From: a virus
Lineage: Duplodnaviria > Caudoviricetes
Reading direction: 5' to 3' (one strand)
Virus record (IMG/VR): IMGVR_UViG_3300009155_000035
Length of the DNA stretch: 64,000 nt
Shown: piece by piece, positions 1-9,143 of the stretch
Layout: each line of letters begins with the position of its first letter
Position numbering within the stretch: the stretch's first letter is position 1
The notes under the pieces: model-generated
Told to the model about the DNA's origin: nothing
The model's input: only the letters and a program-made list of their open reading frames with translations
Databases searched by the model: none
Position numbers and translations under genes: made by a program

Positions 1-945
1 TTGCTGTATGGTGGATTCAGTCGAGGTGAACTCAACATCTTTGCAGGTGGATCGGGATCAGGCAAGTCCTTGGTCATGATGAACATTGCGTTGAATTGGG
101 TACAACTGGGACTGCATGGTGTTTATATCACGCTTGAACTTAGTGAAGAGCTCACAGGTCTGCGCACAGCGGCCATGTTGACTAACATGAGCACCAAGGA
201 CATTCGCAAAGACAAAGAAACTGCATCGTTAAAAATCAAATTGGTTGGTAAAAAAGCAGGTAGTTATCAAGTCAAGGCATTGCCAGCACAAAGCAATATC
301 AATGATATTCGCGCATTCTTGAAAGAGTATCAAATCAAAACAGGACGCAAAGTAGACTTCATGATGATTGACTACTTGGACTTGTTGATGCCGGTTAGTG
401 CCAAAGTCAGTCCCAACGACTTGTTTGTTAAAGACAAGTACGTGAGTGAGGAACTGCGTAACTTGGCCAAAGAGCTGGGTATCTTGATGGTAACAGCTTC
501 GCAGTTGAACCGAAGTGCTGTGGAAGAAATTGAATTTGATCACTCGCACATTTCGGGCGGTATCTCCAAGATCAACACAGCAGACAACGTGTTCGGCATC
601 TTTACCAGTCGTGCCATGAAAGAGCGTGGCAAGTATCAGATCCAGTGTATGAAGAGTCGTAGTTCTACAGGTGTGGGACAAAAGATTGATTTAGACTACA
701 ACATGGAAACCATGCGTATTACAGACAGTGGTGACGCAGAAGGCGAGGGTTTCAGTAAAAAGCCTTCAATGAATATCATGGAAAGTATCAAGGCAAAGGC
801 CAGTGTTAGTGCGAGTACCAGTGAAACAAGTTCAACATCCTGGGAAAGAGCCACAGGAACGCCAGCGTGGGAACAACCTCCCAAGGTAGAAGCTGAAGTT
901 CAAAGTGCAAAACTAAAACAGTTGCTTGGACAAATTAAAAAATAA
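1..945 (+). CDS. DnaB/gp41-like replicative helicase (5' partial)
   Basis: Walker A GGSGSGKS, YITLELSE, Walker B MIDYLD, SQLNR, KINTADNV motifs; runs off the window start. Confidence 0.9.
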   Translation: MLYGGFSRGELNIFAGGSGSGKSLVMMNIALNWVQLGLHGVYITLELSEELTGLRTAAMLTNMSTKDIRKDKETASLKIKLVGKKAGSYQVKALPAQSNINDIRAFLKEYQIKTGRKVDFMMIDYLDLLMPVSAKVSPNDLFVKDKYVSEELRNLAKELGILMVTASQLNRSAVEEIEFDHSHISGGISKINTADNVFGIFTSRAMKERGKYQIQCMKSRSSTGVGQKIDLDYNMETMRITDSGDAEGEGFSKKPSMNIMESIKAKASVSASTSETSSTSWERATGTPAWEQPPKVEAEVQSAKLKQLLGQIKK

Positions 946-1955
946 TGTACGCATATCAAGATATACGTCATGTGCATTTAGAAATTTCTAGTCGGTGCAA
1001 TGCAGAGTGCCCGCTGTGTCCTAGAAATTTTTATGGATATCCCTACAATGATGGGTACATTGAGCATGATATGACATTGGGTGAAGCACAACGTATATTC
1101 TCGGTTGATTTTATCAAACAGTTGGGCGCAGTACAAATCAATGGTAACTTTGGCGACATCGTCATGAATCATGATGCTATCTCCATTGTTGAATATTTGC
1201 GTAGTCATAACAATGTCATGGACATCACTGTTACCACAAACGCTGGCGCCAGAGATAAAAAATTCTGGCGAGAACTGGCAAGATTACGATGCCGTGTTAT
1301 TTTTTGTATTGAGGGGTTTGAAGACACTCATCATCTCTACAGACAAAATACACGCTATGAAGTCGTTATAAAAAACGCCAAGACATTTATTGACGCGGGC
1401 GGTACAGCTACCTGGAAAATGATAGACTTTGCGCATAACAAGCATCAGCAAGAACCAGCTCGCCAACTATCTAAAGACATGGGGTTTAAGAACTTTCTTT
1501 TGGTAGATTACGGACGAGATACTGCCCCAGTATTTGACCACAGTGGCAATTTAAAACACGTCATTGGCAACCCCACAGAGACAAATTTTAAAAAAATGTT
1601 TTTTACGCGAACTGTCAACAGAGTATTTCTTAAAGATATCATTGATGATAGAACCCCTGCTCCAATCAGTTGTGCAGTCAAGGGATCAAGTTCAGTGTAC
1701 GTGTCCAGTACCGGTGATGCGTACCCATGTTGTTTCTTGGGATTTAATCCCAAAACATATGGGCATGGTAATTATCATGCCGCTGCCAACAAACAAATAT
1801 CTGAATTAATTTACGAAAACAATGCTATTGAACATGGGCTAGAACATGCTATTAAATGGTTTGATAATATTGTAAAGGCCTGGGAAATACCCGACTTCCT
1901 CAGTGGCCGCCCAATCATTTGTCATGACTATTGTTCCAAAAACGGTAAATATTGA
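945..1955 (+). CDS. Radical SAM protein with C-terminal SPASM/twitch-like Cys cluster
   Basis: CNAECPLC (CxxxCxxC), GNFGD, C-terminal ISC...YPCC...ICHDYC. Confidence 0.85.
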   Translation: MYAYQDIRHVHLEISSRCNAECPLCPRNFYGYPYNDGYIEHDMTLGEAQRIFSVDFIKQLGAVQINGNFGDIVMNHDAISIVEYLRSHNNVMDITVTTNAGARDKKFWRELARLRCRVIFCIEGFEDTHHLYRQNTRYEVVIKNAKTFIDAGGTATWKMIDFAHNKHQQEPARQLSKDMGFKNFLLVDYGRDTAPVFDHSGNLKHVIGNPTETNFKKMFFTRTVNRVFLKDIIDDRTPAPISCAVKGSSSVYVSSTGDAYPCCFLGFNPKTYGHGNYHAAANKQISELIYENNAIEHGLEHAIKWFDNIVKAWEIPDFLSGRPIICHDYCSKNGKY

Positions 1956-1971
1956 ACAAAGAGACGGTATC

Positions 1972-2229
1972 ATGCAAAAGAAAACTCGCAGTATTCTCGA
2001 AGAGCTAGACTCAATATATCAAGAACGTCAGCAGACCCGCGATCGACAATACATTATTGAAAGTCGTGCTAGCAATGTCATTGCCAGTGCTATTCGTTTA
2101 ATTGAACAAATTGAATCTACATTTACACCCGAGCAAGCAGATAATTTAAATCGAAAATTGCTAAACGCAATTAGAGACCGAGATCCTGGTAAATTTATTA
2201 GAACCGTGAGACGTACCAATGCTGGCTGA
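1972..2229 (+). CDS. Phage hypothetical protein
   Basis: ORF MQKKTRSILEELDS...; TAAATA at 1945-1950 upstream; overlaps next gene start. Confidence 0.6.
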   Translation: MQKKTRSILEELDSIYQERQQTRDRQYIIESRASNVIASAIRLIEQIESTFTPEQADNLNRKLLNAIRDRDPGKFIRTVRRTNAG

Positions 2230-4144
2230 AGGCGGTAATGTTTTTAAAGATCCTGCCGGTAATCCAGCAACTCAGCGTATAAATCAAGCTGATGTTCCTG
2301 CGACTATCGCATTTGTAGAAAAAGTACTGGGGATGAAATTCCCACAAGAGCGTTGGCTAGGATCAACTGGCCGTAAGCCCACATCTGGTGACCTTGACCT
2401 TGGGGTAGATACTAGCGAAGTAACCAAAGATCAAATTGCTGACAAGTTAACACAATGGGCACAGTCACAAAAACAAGATCCACGTGAATGGGTTAAAAAA
2501 GCAGGCGAAGTACATTTTAAAACACCCATTGCTGGTGATGCTAAAAAAGGTTTTGTGCAAACAGATTTTATGTTCTTTCCCAATCTTGATTGGGGAACAT
2601 TTTTTTATGGCGGCGCCGAAGGATCTAACTACAAGGGCATGAACCGCAATGTTCTAATGAGCAGTATTGCTAAATCCCTAGGACTCAAAGTGGGCGCCAA
2701 TGGTATGTTCAGTCGTACTACAAATCAACTGGTCAAGGGCGGCATGGACCCCGACTATGTGGCTCGAGTATTGCTAGGATCAAATGCAACTAAAGAAAAT
2801 CTCAAGAATGTTGAAAGCATTTATGCCGCACTAGAAAATGATCCAGAGCGTGATGCCAAGCTGAAAGATTTTAGAGAATATCTTGCACGAGAAGGACTCA
2901 CTGAACCTGGTGCACCTGTGCAAGAAAATGAAGTCAGCTTTATGTCTCGCTTACGTGATAGAATTGTAAATCAAGGCTATCACATTATCATTGAATCCGA
3001 AGCTCCGGCCAAGAAGAAAGATCCAAGGATCCCACATCCTGAAGACGCTTTCTTCTTAGGTGGTAGTGCAGCCGCATCAAAAGCCATACAAGGCATGGAA
3101 AATGCTATTGCCAATGCTGGTAAAACCACTATCAAGTGGGATGGTAAACCTGCATTGATCTGGGGCAGATTGCCCAACGGCAAACTAGCAGTCATGGACA
3201 AATATATGTTTGACGCCAAGTATCCGGCACAAAGTCCCGAAGACTGGGTCAAGTATGATCAACAAAAAAAATCTGGTAATTTAAGAAGCGACTTGTATCC
3301 CAAGCTCAAAGCCATATGGCCAGGATTAGATGCTGCCACAATAGGCCCTGGCTTTTATTGGGGTGACTTGATGTGGGCCGGAGAACTACAACCACAAGGC
3401 GGTAAGTACACATTCAAACCTAATTTTGTACAGTATTCAATCCCAACCAATAGCGAACTAGGTCAAACTATTCCCGGCAAAACTGGTGGCATTGTTGTTC
3501 ATCAGCAGTTTGCTAATTTAGGCGATCAAGTAGCCCAGCCTTGGGATGGTCAGGGCTTGCAGAATGTTCGTGGAGGGGTTGATATTATCAAGCCCAATAT
3601 TGGCATTACATTTAAACTAAAGCCACCTGCAAAATTAATTGCTGCCGCAAAACAAGCGGTTGGCACATACGGCGCAGCCGTGGATCAACTGTTGAATTCT
3701 CTACCGGCTAGCACACGAGCACAAATGCAGACCTATTTCAATCAACGCATTATTGGCGCTACAAAATTCAGTATGCCCAACTGGTTGAAAACCAAGTCTA
3801 GTGCTCGTCAGTACAGTGAACTAGTAACTGGTAATCCAGACGTCAATGGACAATACAATGCCAAAACTGGCAATATCCCCGGCAAACTCTACACACTTGA
3901 CGCCAACAACAAACCAGTGCCCAGTCCGGCTCACCTGGGACTGCTGGCAATTTGGAACTCAATATACAATTTAAAATTAAACCTGGCACAACAGCTTGAA
4001 CAACAAGTACAAGGGCTAGAGCAAAGCACTGGTGGTCAAGCCGAGGGCGAAGGATTTGTTGTTCCTACACCAACTGGGCTAGTCAAGTTGGTGAATCGTG
4101 GGGTATTTTCAGCAGGAAATGCCGCACAAAATAATCCCAAGTAA
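2219..4144 (+). CDS. Fusion of Pol-beta-type nucleotidyltransferase-like domain and RNA-ligase-like (KWDG; DUF6267-like) domain
   Basis: N-term GSTG..SGDLDLGVD plus VQTDFM; C-term PHPED, KWDG, GDLMW, EGFVV, LVKLV resembling ligase motifs I/III/IV/V. Confidence 0.6.
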   Translation: MLAEGGNVFKDPAGNPATQRINQADVPATIAFVEKVLGMKFPQERWLGSTGRKPTSGDLDLGVDTSEVTKDQIADKLTQWAQSQKQDPREWVKKAGEVHFKTPIAGDAKKGFVQTDFMFFPNLDWGTFFYGGAEGSNYKGMNRNVLMSSIAKSLGLKVGANGMFSRTTNQLVKGGMDPDYVARVLLGSNATKENLKNVESIYAALENDPERDAKLKDFREYLAREGLTEPGAPVQENEVSFMSRLRDRIVNQGYHIIIESEAPAKKKDPRIPHPEDAFFLGGSAAASKAIQGMENAIANAGKTTIKWDGKPALIWGRLPNGKLAVMDKYMFDAKYPAQSPEDWVKYDQQKKSGNLRSDLYPKLKAIWPGLDAATIGPGFYWGDLMWAGELQPQGGKYTFKPNFVQYSIPTNSELGQTIPGKTGGIVVHQQFANLGDQVAQPWDGQGLQNVRGGVDIIKPNIGITFKLKPPAKLIAAAKQAVGTYGAAVDQLLNSLPASTRAQMQTYFNQRIIGATKFSMPNWLKTKSSARQYSELVTGNPDVNGQYNAKTGNIPGKLYTLDANNKPVPSPAHLGLLAIWNSIYNLKLNLAQQLEQQVQGLEQSTGGQAEGEGFVVPTPTGLVKLVNRGVFSAGNAAQNNPK

Positions 4145-4211
4145 CTGTTTTTTTAGAGATCGACTAAATAAAAGCAGACCCCAAGTGGTCATATATTAAG
4201 GAGATTTAAAA

Positions 4212-4682
4212 ATGGCATATTTTCCACCTTTCAATGGTGACGCACAACCAGTATTTGCGTTAGACGTTAACAACGGTCCTCAGACCGGTAACATTGGTTC
4301 TACTGATGCGTTAGTTCAGCCTCAAGGCCCCAAGCTAGACTTCTTCAAAGTTCTAGTTAAAAACGGTTCTGCAACAGCAATTGATCTTCGCGATCAGTTG
4401 GGTAACTACAGCGGCGGCGGTACAGTGTTTAACCCAGGTGTTGTTGTTCAGATCAACCAACGTGTTCAACAAACTGCTACCATCGCTATCTACCAAGTAG
4501 AAGGCGCAAGCACTGGCCAGATCAGCTACGCTATCTACCCACAAGATGCTTACACTGCTTCCACATTGCAGACAGCTATTCAAGCTCTTGGCAACATTCA
4601 GATCACAGCATCTGATGGTACTGTGACTGGTGTTGACGTTAGCGGCACAATTGTTACTGAGCCTGGCTTCCAACTAGCTTAA
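4212..4682 (+). CDS. Putative virion structural protein
   Basis: TAAATA 4166-4171, small hairpin, AAGGAG SD; Gly/Thr/Ala-rich; followed by terminator. Confidence 0.5.
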   Translation: MAYFPPFNGDAQPVFALDVNNGPQTGNIGSTDALVQPQGPKLDFFKVLVKNGSATAIDLRDQLGNYSGGGTVFNPGVVVQINQRVQQTATIAIYQVEGASTGQISYAIYPQDAYTASTLQTAIQALGNIQITASDGTVTGVDVSGTIVTEPGFQLA

Positions 4683-4703
4683 TCGATTATACGTCGACCA
4701 CAC

Positions 4704-4730
4704 AACCCTGGATTTATTCCAGGGTTTTTT
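4704..4730 (+). terminator. Rho-independent terminator
   Basis: AACCCTGGA-tttat-TCCAGGGTT followed by T run. Confidence 0.85.
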
Positions 4731-4751
4731 CTTGTCCGTTAAATAACAGAC

Positions 4752-5183
4752 ATGACTTATCGTATCTTTTGCAAAACTAAATTTGACATCACAGCCACTG
4801 GAGTGCGCAGTCATTATAGATCTGCACGTATGCCTTTTAAGGACGAACAGGGACGGGATATTATTGACCAATCTACATGGAATCGCTCACGGAACAAACA
4901 ACGTAATTGGGAAACTGTTAATCAAGTCATAAGCCTGCGCACATTGCCAGAGAATATCAATGCACCTAAGCAGGTGATTGTGGATGATGTATCGTTTTGG
5001 GAGTTTAGTTTTGATATTGACAATATTGAAACAACCACATTAGATGACAACCCAGTTGGTGCGCTAGTACGAGACTGTCAGGGAGTACCAATGATACTAG
5101 GGCTTGACGAAACACCTGGACTAGCACCAATGCTTGATGCAAGCATTGATTCTAATATATGGTTCTGGACCAACTTAGAATAA
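4752..5183 (+). CDS. Hypothetical protein
   Basis: 143-aa ORF; TAAATA 6 nt before ATG, no SD. Confidence 0.65.
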   Translation: MTYRIFCKTKFDITATGVRSHYRSARMPFKDEQGRDIIDQSTWNRSRNKQRNWETVNQVISLRTLPENINAPKQVIVDDVSFWEFSFDIDNIETTTLDDNPVGALVRDCQGVPMILGLDETPGLAPMLDASIDSNIWFWTNLE

Positions 5184-5191
5184 ATAATTCT

Positions 5192-5455
5192 ATGTCCGAC
5201 ACCACTGAAATTGAAAAAAAGAGCCTTGAAGCGCACGTTGAATTGTGTGCTGAAAGATACCGCCAATTAGAATTCACTATTTCTGATATCAAAGCAGATG
5301 TGGCCGAACTAAAAAACATACTAAATGTGGTGCGTGATAAATTGTCTGAGATGAGTGACAAGAGAAACAATCAACTTATTACCTGGGCCATTAGTATAAT
5401 GAGTATTATGCTTGGTACCATTGGTTACTTGACTGTTAATTACGTTTTAAAATAA
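5192..5455 (+). CDS. Coiled-coil protein with C-terminal TM helix
   Basis: Start reassigned to ATG 5192 (5 nt after TAAATA 5181-5186); heptad region then LITWAISIMSIMLGTIGYLTV. Confidence 0.6.
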   Translation: MSDTTEIEKKSLEAHVELCAERYRQLEFTISDIKADVAELKNILNVVRDKLSEMSDKRNNQLITWAISIMSIMLGTIGYLTVNYVLK

Positions 5456-5456
5456 C

Positions 5457-5987
5457 ATGAATATAACAGACAACACACTTCGACAATTAGAACAAGTGCT
5501 GTCGGCTGACTTTGAATCAGCCAAACAAAATTTAATTTTTAGTACTGAAAACGGTTATCAAGTTTTTGATCGTTATACCATATTAAAAAAACAAAATAAT
5601 GTAACTGTTACAGAATACACTGGTGATCCTCTGCCTTTTACCAGCGTGAGAACAGCACTGAGCTGGTGCATAGCAGACAAATACAATCAGATTAAACTAG
5701 CCAACGAAATCAAACGATTAGATGAAAAGCGTTGGCGATTACGAAACGACGTGAGCTTTTCTCAAAAGCTCACTAGTAGATTTAAGGACCCCGGCACTCG
5801 GGAAACCGCACTACTTAAATTAGAAACCAAACAAGCTTTGCTTAACAATGTAGAAATTGGTTTAGAAAAATGTGCAAACTTAGCTAAATATTGGCAACTA
5901 CGGGGATTCAACGATGAAATTGAACGAACTAAGCGCAGTGCGCAAAACAGAGACAATCGCTCGAGTATTCGAGTCTTACCTAGGTAA
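5457..5987 (+). CDS. Hypothetical protein
   Basis: 176-aa ORF in a tightly packed late cluster. Confidence 0.6.
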   Translation: MNITDNTLRQLEQVLSADFESAKQNLIFSTENGYQVFDRYTILKKQNNVTVTEYTGDPLPFTSVRTALSWCIADKYNQIKLANEIKRLDEKRWRLRNDVSFSQKLTSRFKDPGTRETALLKLETKQALLNNVEIGLEKCANLAKYWQLRGFNDEIERTKRSAQNRDNRSSIRVLPR

Positions 5988-6768
5988 GAAGGTAGACTTT
6001 CAGGCATTGTCAAACACACAGGCTCAACACATGTTACGCCGTGTTAGATCTTTGATCAGTGAGCAGAGAAGTTCATCGGGCATTTACAAGAGCGAGAAAA
6101 ATCCTGCTTACTTGAAATTAATGATGATGGAACAAGCTTTGGCCAGTCATATCAATGAAGTTGGCACCACGCCAATGGCAATTGATGTCAACGATCCAAA
6201 GACCAAACAGATCATGCAAAAAGCCGGTAATGGTCAAACACTGAACCCTGAAGAACAAAAAACCATGAACGCTATTGCTCTCATGAAAAAAGAGGGCAAG
6301 AAAGCAGGCATGAAGCGCATGGTCAAAGAAAGCGAAATTCAACAAGCTCAAGTTGTTCTAGCAAGCCAAGACATGCTGGATCGTATTCAGAAAATGACCG
6401 AAGATATCAGCGAAATGCAATTCAAAGATCTACCAGCATTGACTGACAGTATCAAGAATGACATGGGAACCGAACAAGCCACTGCATATCAAGCACAAGC
6501 CAGTGCCGCATTGAGCACATTACTAAGTGCATTGCAACAAGGCAAAACTCAACTAGAAGCGGCTCAGGGTGCTATTACTGGCACTGGTACTGACCTTGCA
6601 GTGCCAGGCGCTGATGATGACCTGGGTGCTGATCTAGACGCTGACGTAGATGCAGCCGCCTTGGCAGCACCAGACATGGGCGGAGATGAAGAAGATATAT
6701 CAGTGGATGCTGATATTGACGCAGAAATTGAGCCAGCATCATCCCTGGGTAGAGAACGCAGAAAATGA
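5914..6768 (+). CDS. Hypothetical protein with acidic tail (possible head scaffold/core)
   Basis: Helical, D/E-rich C-terminus ending LGRERRK; TAAATA 5885-5890; function is inference. Confidence 0.5.
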   Translation: MKLNELSAVRKTETIARVFESYLGKKVDFQALSNTQAQHMLRRVRSLISEQRSSSGIYKSEKNPAYLKLMMMEQALASHINEVGTTPMAIDVNDPKTKQIMQKAGNGQTLNPEEQKTMNAIALMKKEGKKAGMKRMVKESEIQQAQVVLASQDMLDRIQKMTEDISEMQFKDLPALTDSIKNDMGTEQATAYQAQASAALSTLLSALQQGKTQLEAAQGAITGTGTDLAVPGADDDLGADLDADVDAAALAAPDMGGDEEDISVDADIDAEIEPASSLGRERRK

Positions 6769-7103
6769 GAATTGACGAAGTAGCTAGCCAGCCAGATACG
6801 GCCAGGCTGGCCGCTTTGGCAGAGTTCCTTCTAGGACGCAGTAATGATACAAATGCGTCTAAAACAATTTCTACCGAAGCATTTATAAATTTAGCTGGCG
6901 ACATGGGTATACCTTTGACTCATCAGCAATTGGTTAAATTTAGTCAAATGCCTCCACTGAATGGCATCATTGCCAATGTTGAACCAAATCAGATAACTTT
7001 CAAAGGTGCCGAGCCCGATGTTGACGATTCAGACATGAGCATCGACCAAGCTCGCGCCACTGTTGATAAAATGGCCAAAAGAGCCGCCAGCAAAGGAATA
7101 TAA
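6765..7103 (+). CDS. Hypothetical protein
   Basis: ATGA-type overlap with previous gene; MRIDE N-terminus. Confidence 0.6.
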   Translation: MRIDEVASQPDTARLAALAEFLLGRSNDTNASKTISTEAFINLAGDMGIPLTHQQLVKFSQMPPLNGIIANVEPNQITFKGAEPDVDDSDMSIDQARATVDKMAKRAASKGI

Positions 7104-7104
7104 C

Positions 7105-7221
7105 ATGCTAGAAACTATTTTTTTAATAGCCATTGGTGCCTTCATTGGGTGGAATTTTCCTCAACCCGAGTTTGCTCGTAATATTCAGAAAAAAGCAGTT
7201 GACTTTTTTTCAAAAAAGTAG
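7105..7221 (+). CDS. Small membrane protein (38 aa, not in ORF track)
   Basis: MLETIFLIAIGAFIGWNFPQPEFARNIQKKAVDFFSKK; AAAGGA SD upstream. Confidence 0.6.
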   Translation: MLETIFLIAIGAFIGWNFPQPEFARNIQKKAVDFFSKK

Positions 7222-7284
7222 TATACTAAACTGCTAGGCAAGGCGTTATATAATAGTAACACCTACCTTAAAGGAGAGAGTACT

Positions 7285-7608
7285 ATGAAAAAAATATTTG
7301 TAAGCATGTTGTTAGCTGGGGTAATGATGCCAGCATTTGCACAGCATCACCAACACCAACATGGACATGGACATGGACATGGATACTGGCACCACCGTGG
7401 GCATGGCAGTGGATGGAATTGGGTTGTCCCAGCTGTTATTGGCGGTGCAGTGGTTTATGGTGTAACACGCCCTGATCCAGTTATTGTACAGCAACCAGTT
7501 ATTGTGCAACCTCCTGTACAGGTAATACAACGACAAAATTGCAGTCCCTGGACAGAAACAGAAAATTCTGATGGTACAATTACCCGAACAAGAACATGCG
7601 CACAATAA
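7285..7608 (+). CDS. Secreted His/Gly-rich small protein
   Basis: Signal peptide MKKIFVSMLLAGVMMPAFA, HHQHQHGHGHGHG tract, PVIVQ repeats; AAGGAG SD. Confidence 0.7.
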   Translation: MKKIFVSMLLAGVMMPAFAQHHQHQHGHGHGHGYWHHRGHGSGWNWVVPAVIGGAVVYGVTRPDPVIVQQPVIVQPPVQVIQRQNCSPWTETENSDGTITRTRTCAQ

Positions 7609-7712
7609 CATTAAACAAAATAACCATTGTACCTATCACAGTGATCTGCACTTATCTATTGTATAAGATAGGTCTTGAGCTATGGTGTATATCCTACGGA
7701 CTGTTAAATTAA

Positions 7713-8105
7713 ATGGCTTACAGCGAAAAAGTTGTTGATCATTACGAAAACCCCCGCAACGTGGGCTCCTTTGAAAAGGGCGACGAAGATGTGGGCACTG
7801 GCATGGTGGGTGCACCTGCCTGCGGCGATGTAATGAAACTACAAATAAAGGTGGATCATGATACAGGTATTATTACAGATGCAAAATTTAAAACGTATGG
7901 CTGCGGCTCAGCGATCGCGAGCTCGAGTTTGGTTACTGAATGGGTCAAAGGAAAAACTCTTGACGAAGCCGGGTCAATTAAAAACTCCGAAATCGCTCAA
8001 GAGCTAGCTCTTCCACCGGTCAAAATACATTGCAGTATCCTTGCCGAAGATGCCATCAAGGCCGCAGTAGAGGACTACAGAAAGAAGCATGCTAACAGTC
8101 ACTGA
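7713..8105 (+). CDS. iscU: Fe-S cluster scaffold IscU
   Basis: MAYSEKVVDHYENPRNVG, GAPACGD, GCGSAIASSS, LPPVKIHCS. Confidence 0.97.
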   Translation: MAYSEKVVDHYENPRNVGSFEKGDEDVGTGMVGAPACGDVMKLQIKVDHDTGIITDAKFKTYGCGSAIASSSLVTEWVKGKTLDEAGSIKNSEIAQELALPPVKIHCSILAEDAIKAAVEDYRKKHANSH

Positions 8106-8409
8106 CAGTGCGGCAAAGAAGATTCAGCAAGTAATTGCCAAACGTGGCCGGGGTCTGGGCATTCGGCTAGGTGTTAGAACCACAGGTTGCTCGGGGCTAG
8201 CTTATGTGTTAGAATATGTAGATAGTCCACAAGAAACTGATCAAACTGTCGAATGCAATGGATGCAAGATATTCATTGATCCGAAAAGCTGTCCATATTT
8301 GCAAGGTGTAACTGTTGATTATGTACGCCAAGGTCTCAATGAAGGCTTTGAATTTAAAAATCCCAATGAACGTGACCGTTGCGGTTGCGGAGAAAGCTTT
8401 AGAATTTAA
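8089..8409 (+). CDS. iscA: Fe-S carrier IscA
   Basis: TTGCSG and C-terminal CGCGESF. Confidence 0.95.
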   Translation: MLTVTDSAAKKIQQVIAKRGRGLGIRLGVRTTGCSGLAYVLEYVDSPQETDQTVECNGCKIFIDPKSCPYLQGVTVDYVRQGLNEGFEFKNPNERDRCGCGESFRI

Positions 8410-9119
8410 TGATAACTCAACGCTACAATTATGCACCCCTTGATAGAACAACCATTCAAGGCAAGCGACATTATTGTTTGCCCGACGGCAGTAAAGTACC
8501 TAGTGTCACTACTATCCTTGATAAAACTAAACCGGCTGAAGCTCGACAGGCATTGGCTAATTGGAAAAAGCGTGTAGGTGAAACCAAGGCACAGGAAATT
8601 ACTACAGAAGCCGCAAATCGAGGCACACGCATGCATTCCTACTTGGAACATTATGTATTGCAGGAAGACATGAAGCCCTTGCCAAATAATCCCTTTGCAC
8701 AACCATCATGGTTCATGGCCGCAGAGGTTATTCTTAAAGGTCTATGTAATGTGGATGAATTTTGGGGAGTAGAAGTTCCTGTTTACTACAGTGGCCTTTA
8801 TGCTGGCACCAGTGACTGCGTTGGCGTCTGGAAGGGCCGTCCAGCCATCATGGACTTTAAACAAACTAACAAACCCAAAAAGCGCGAATGGATCGAAGAT
8901 TATTTCTTACAACTTGCGGCCTATGCTCAAGCACATGATAACATGCATGGCACAAGTATTGATCAGGGCGTAATTTTAATGGCCGCTCAGCCCAAACTCT
9001 TGGAAGATGGCACATATACCACGCCAGAATATCAAGAGTTTGTGGTAGAAAAAGAAGAATTTGCTCACTGGAAAGATCAGTGGAATCGGCGAGTTGAGTT
9101 CTACTATTTGTCTAGCTAA
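8409..9119 (+). CDS. PD-(D/E)XK exonuclease
   Basis: PSVTTIL, RGTRMH, YAGTSD, IMDFKQ, QLAAY motifs. Confidence 0.8.
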   Translation: MITQRYNYAPLDRTTIQGKRHYCLPDGSKVPSVTTILDKTKPAEARQALANWKKRVGETKAQEITTEAANRGTRMHSYLEHYVLQEDMKPLPNNPFAQPSWFMAAEVILKGLCNVDEFWGVEVPVYYSGLYAGTSDCVGVWKGRPAIMDFKQTNKPKKREWIEDYFLQLAAYAQAHDNMHGTSIDQGVILMAAQPKLLEDGTYTTPEYQEFVVEKEEFAHWKDQWNRRVEFYYLSS

Positions 9120-9143
9120 ATACTGGCAAACGAGGATTTCAAC

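Noticed and set aside
8409-9119. Cas4/CRISPR system
   Set aside because: Solo PD-(D/E)XK nuclease without the Cas4 Fe-S Cys pattern, array or other cas genes
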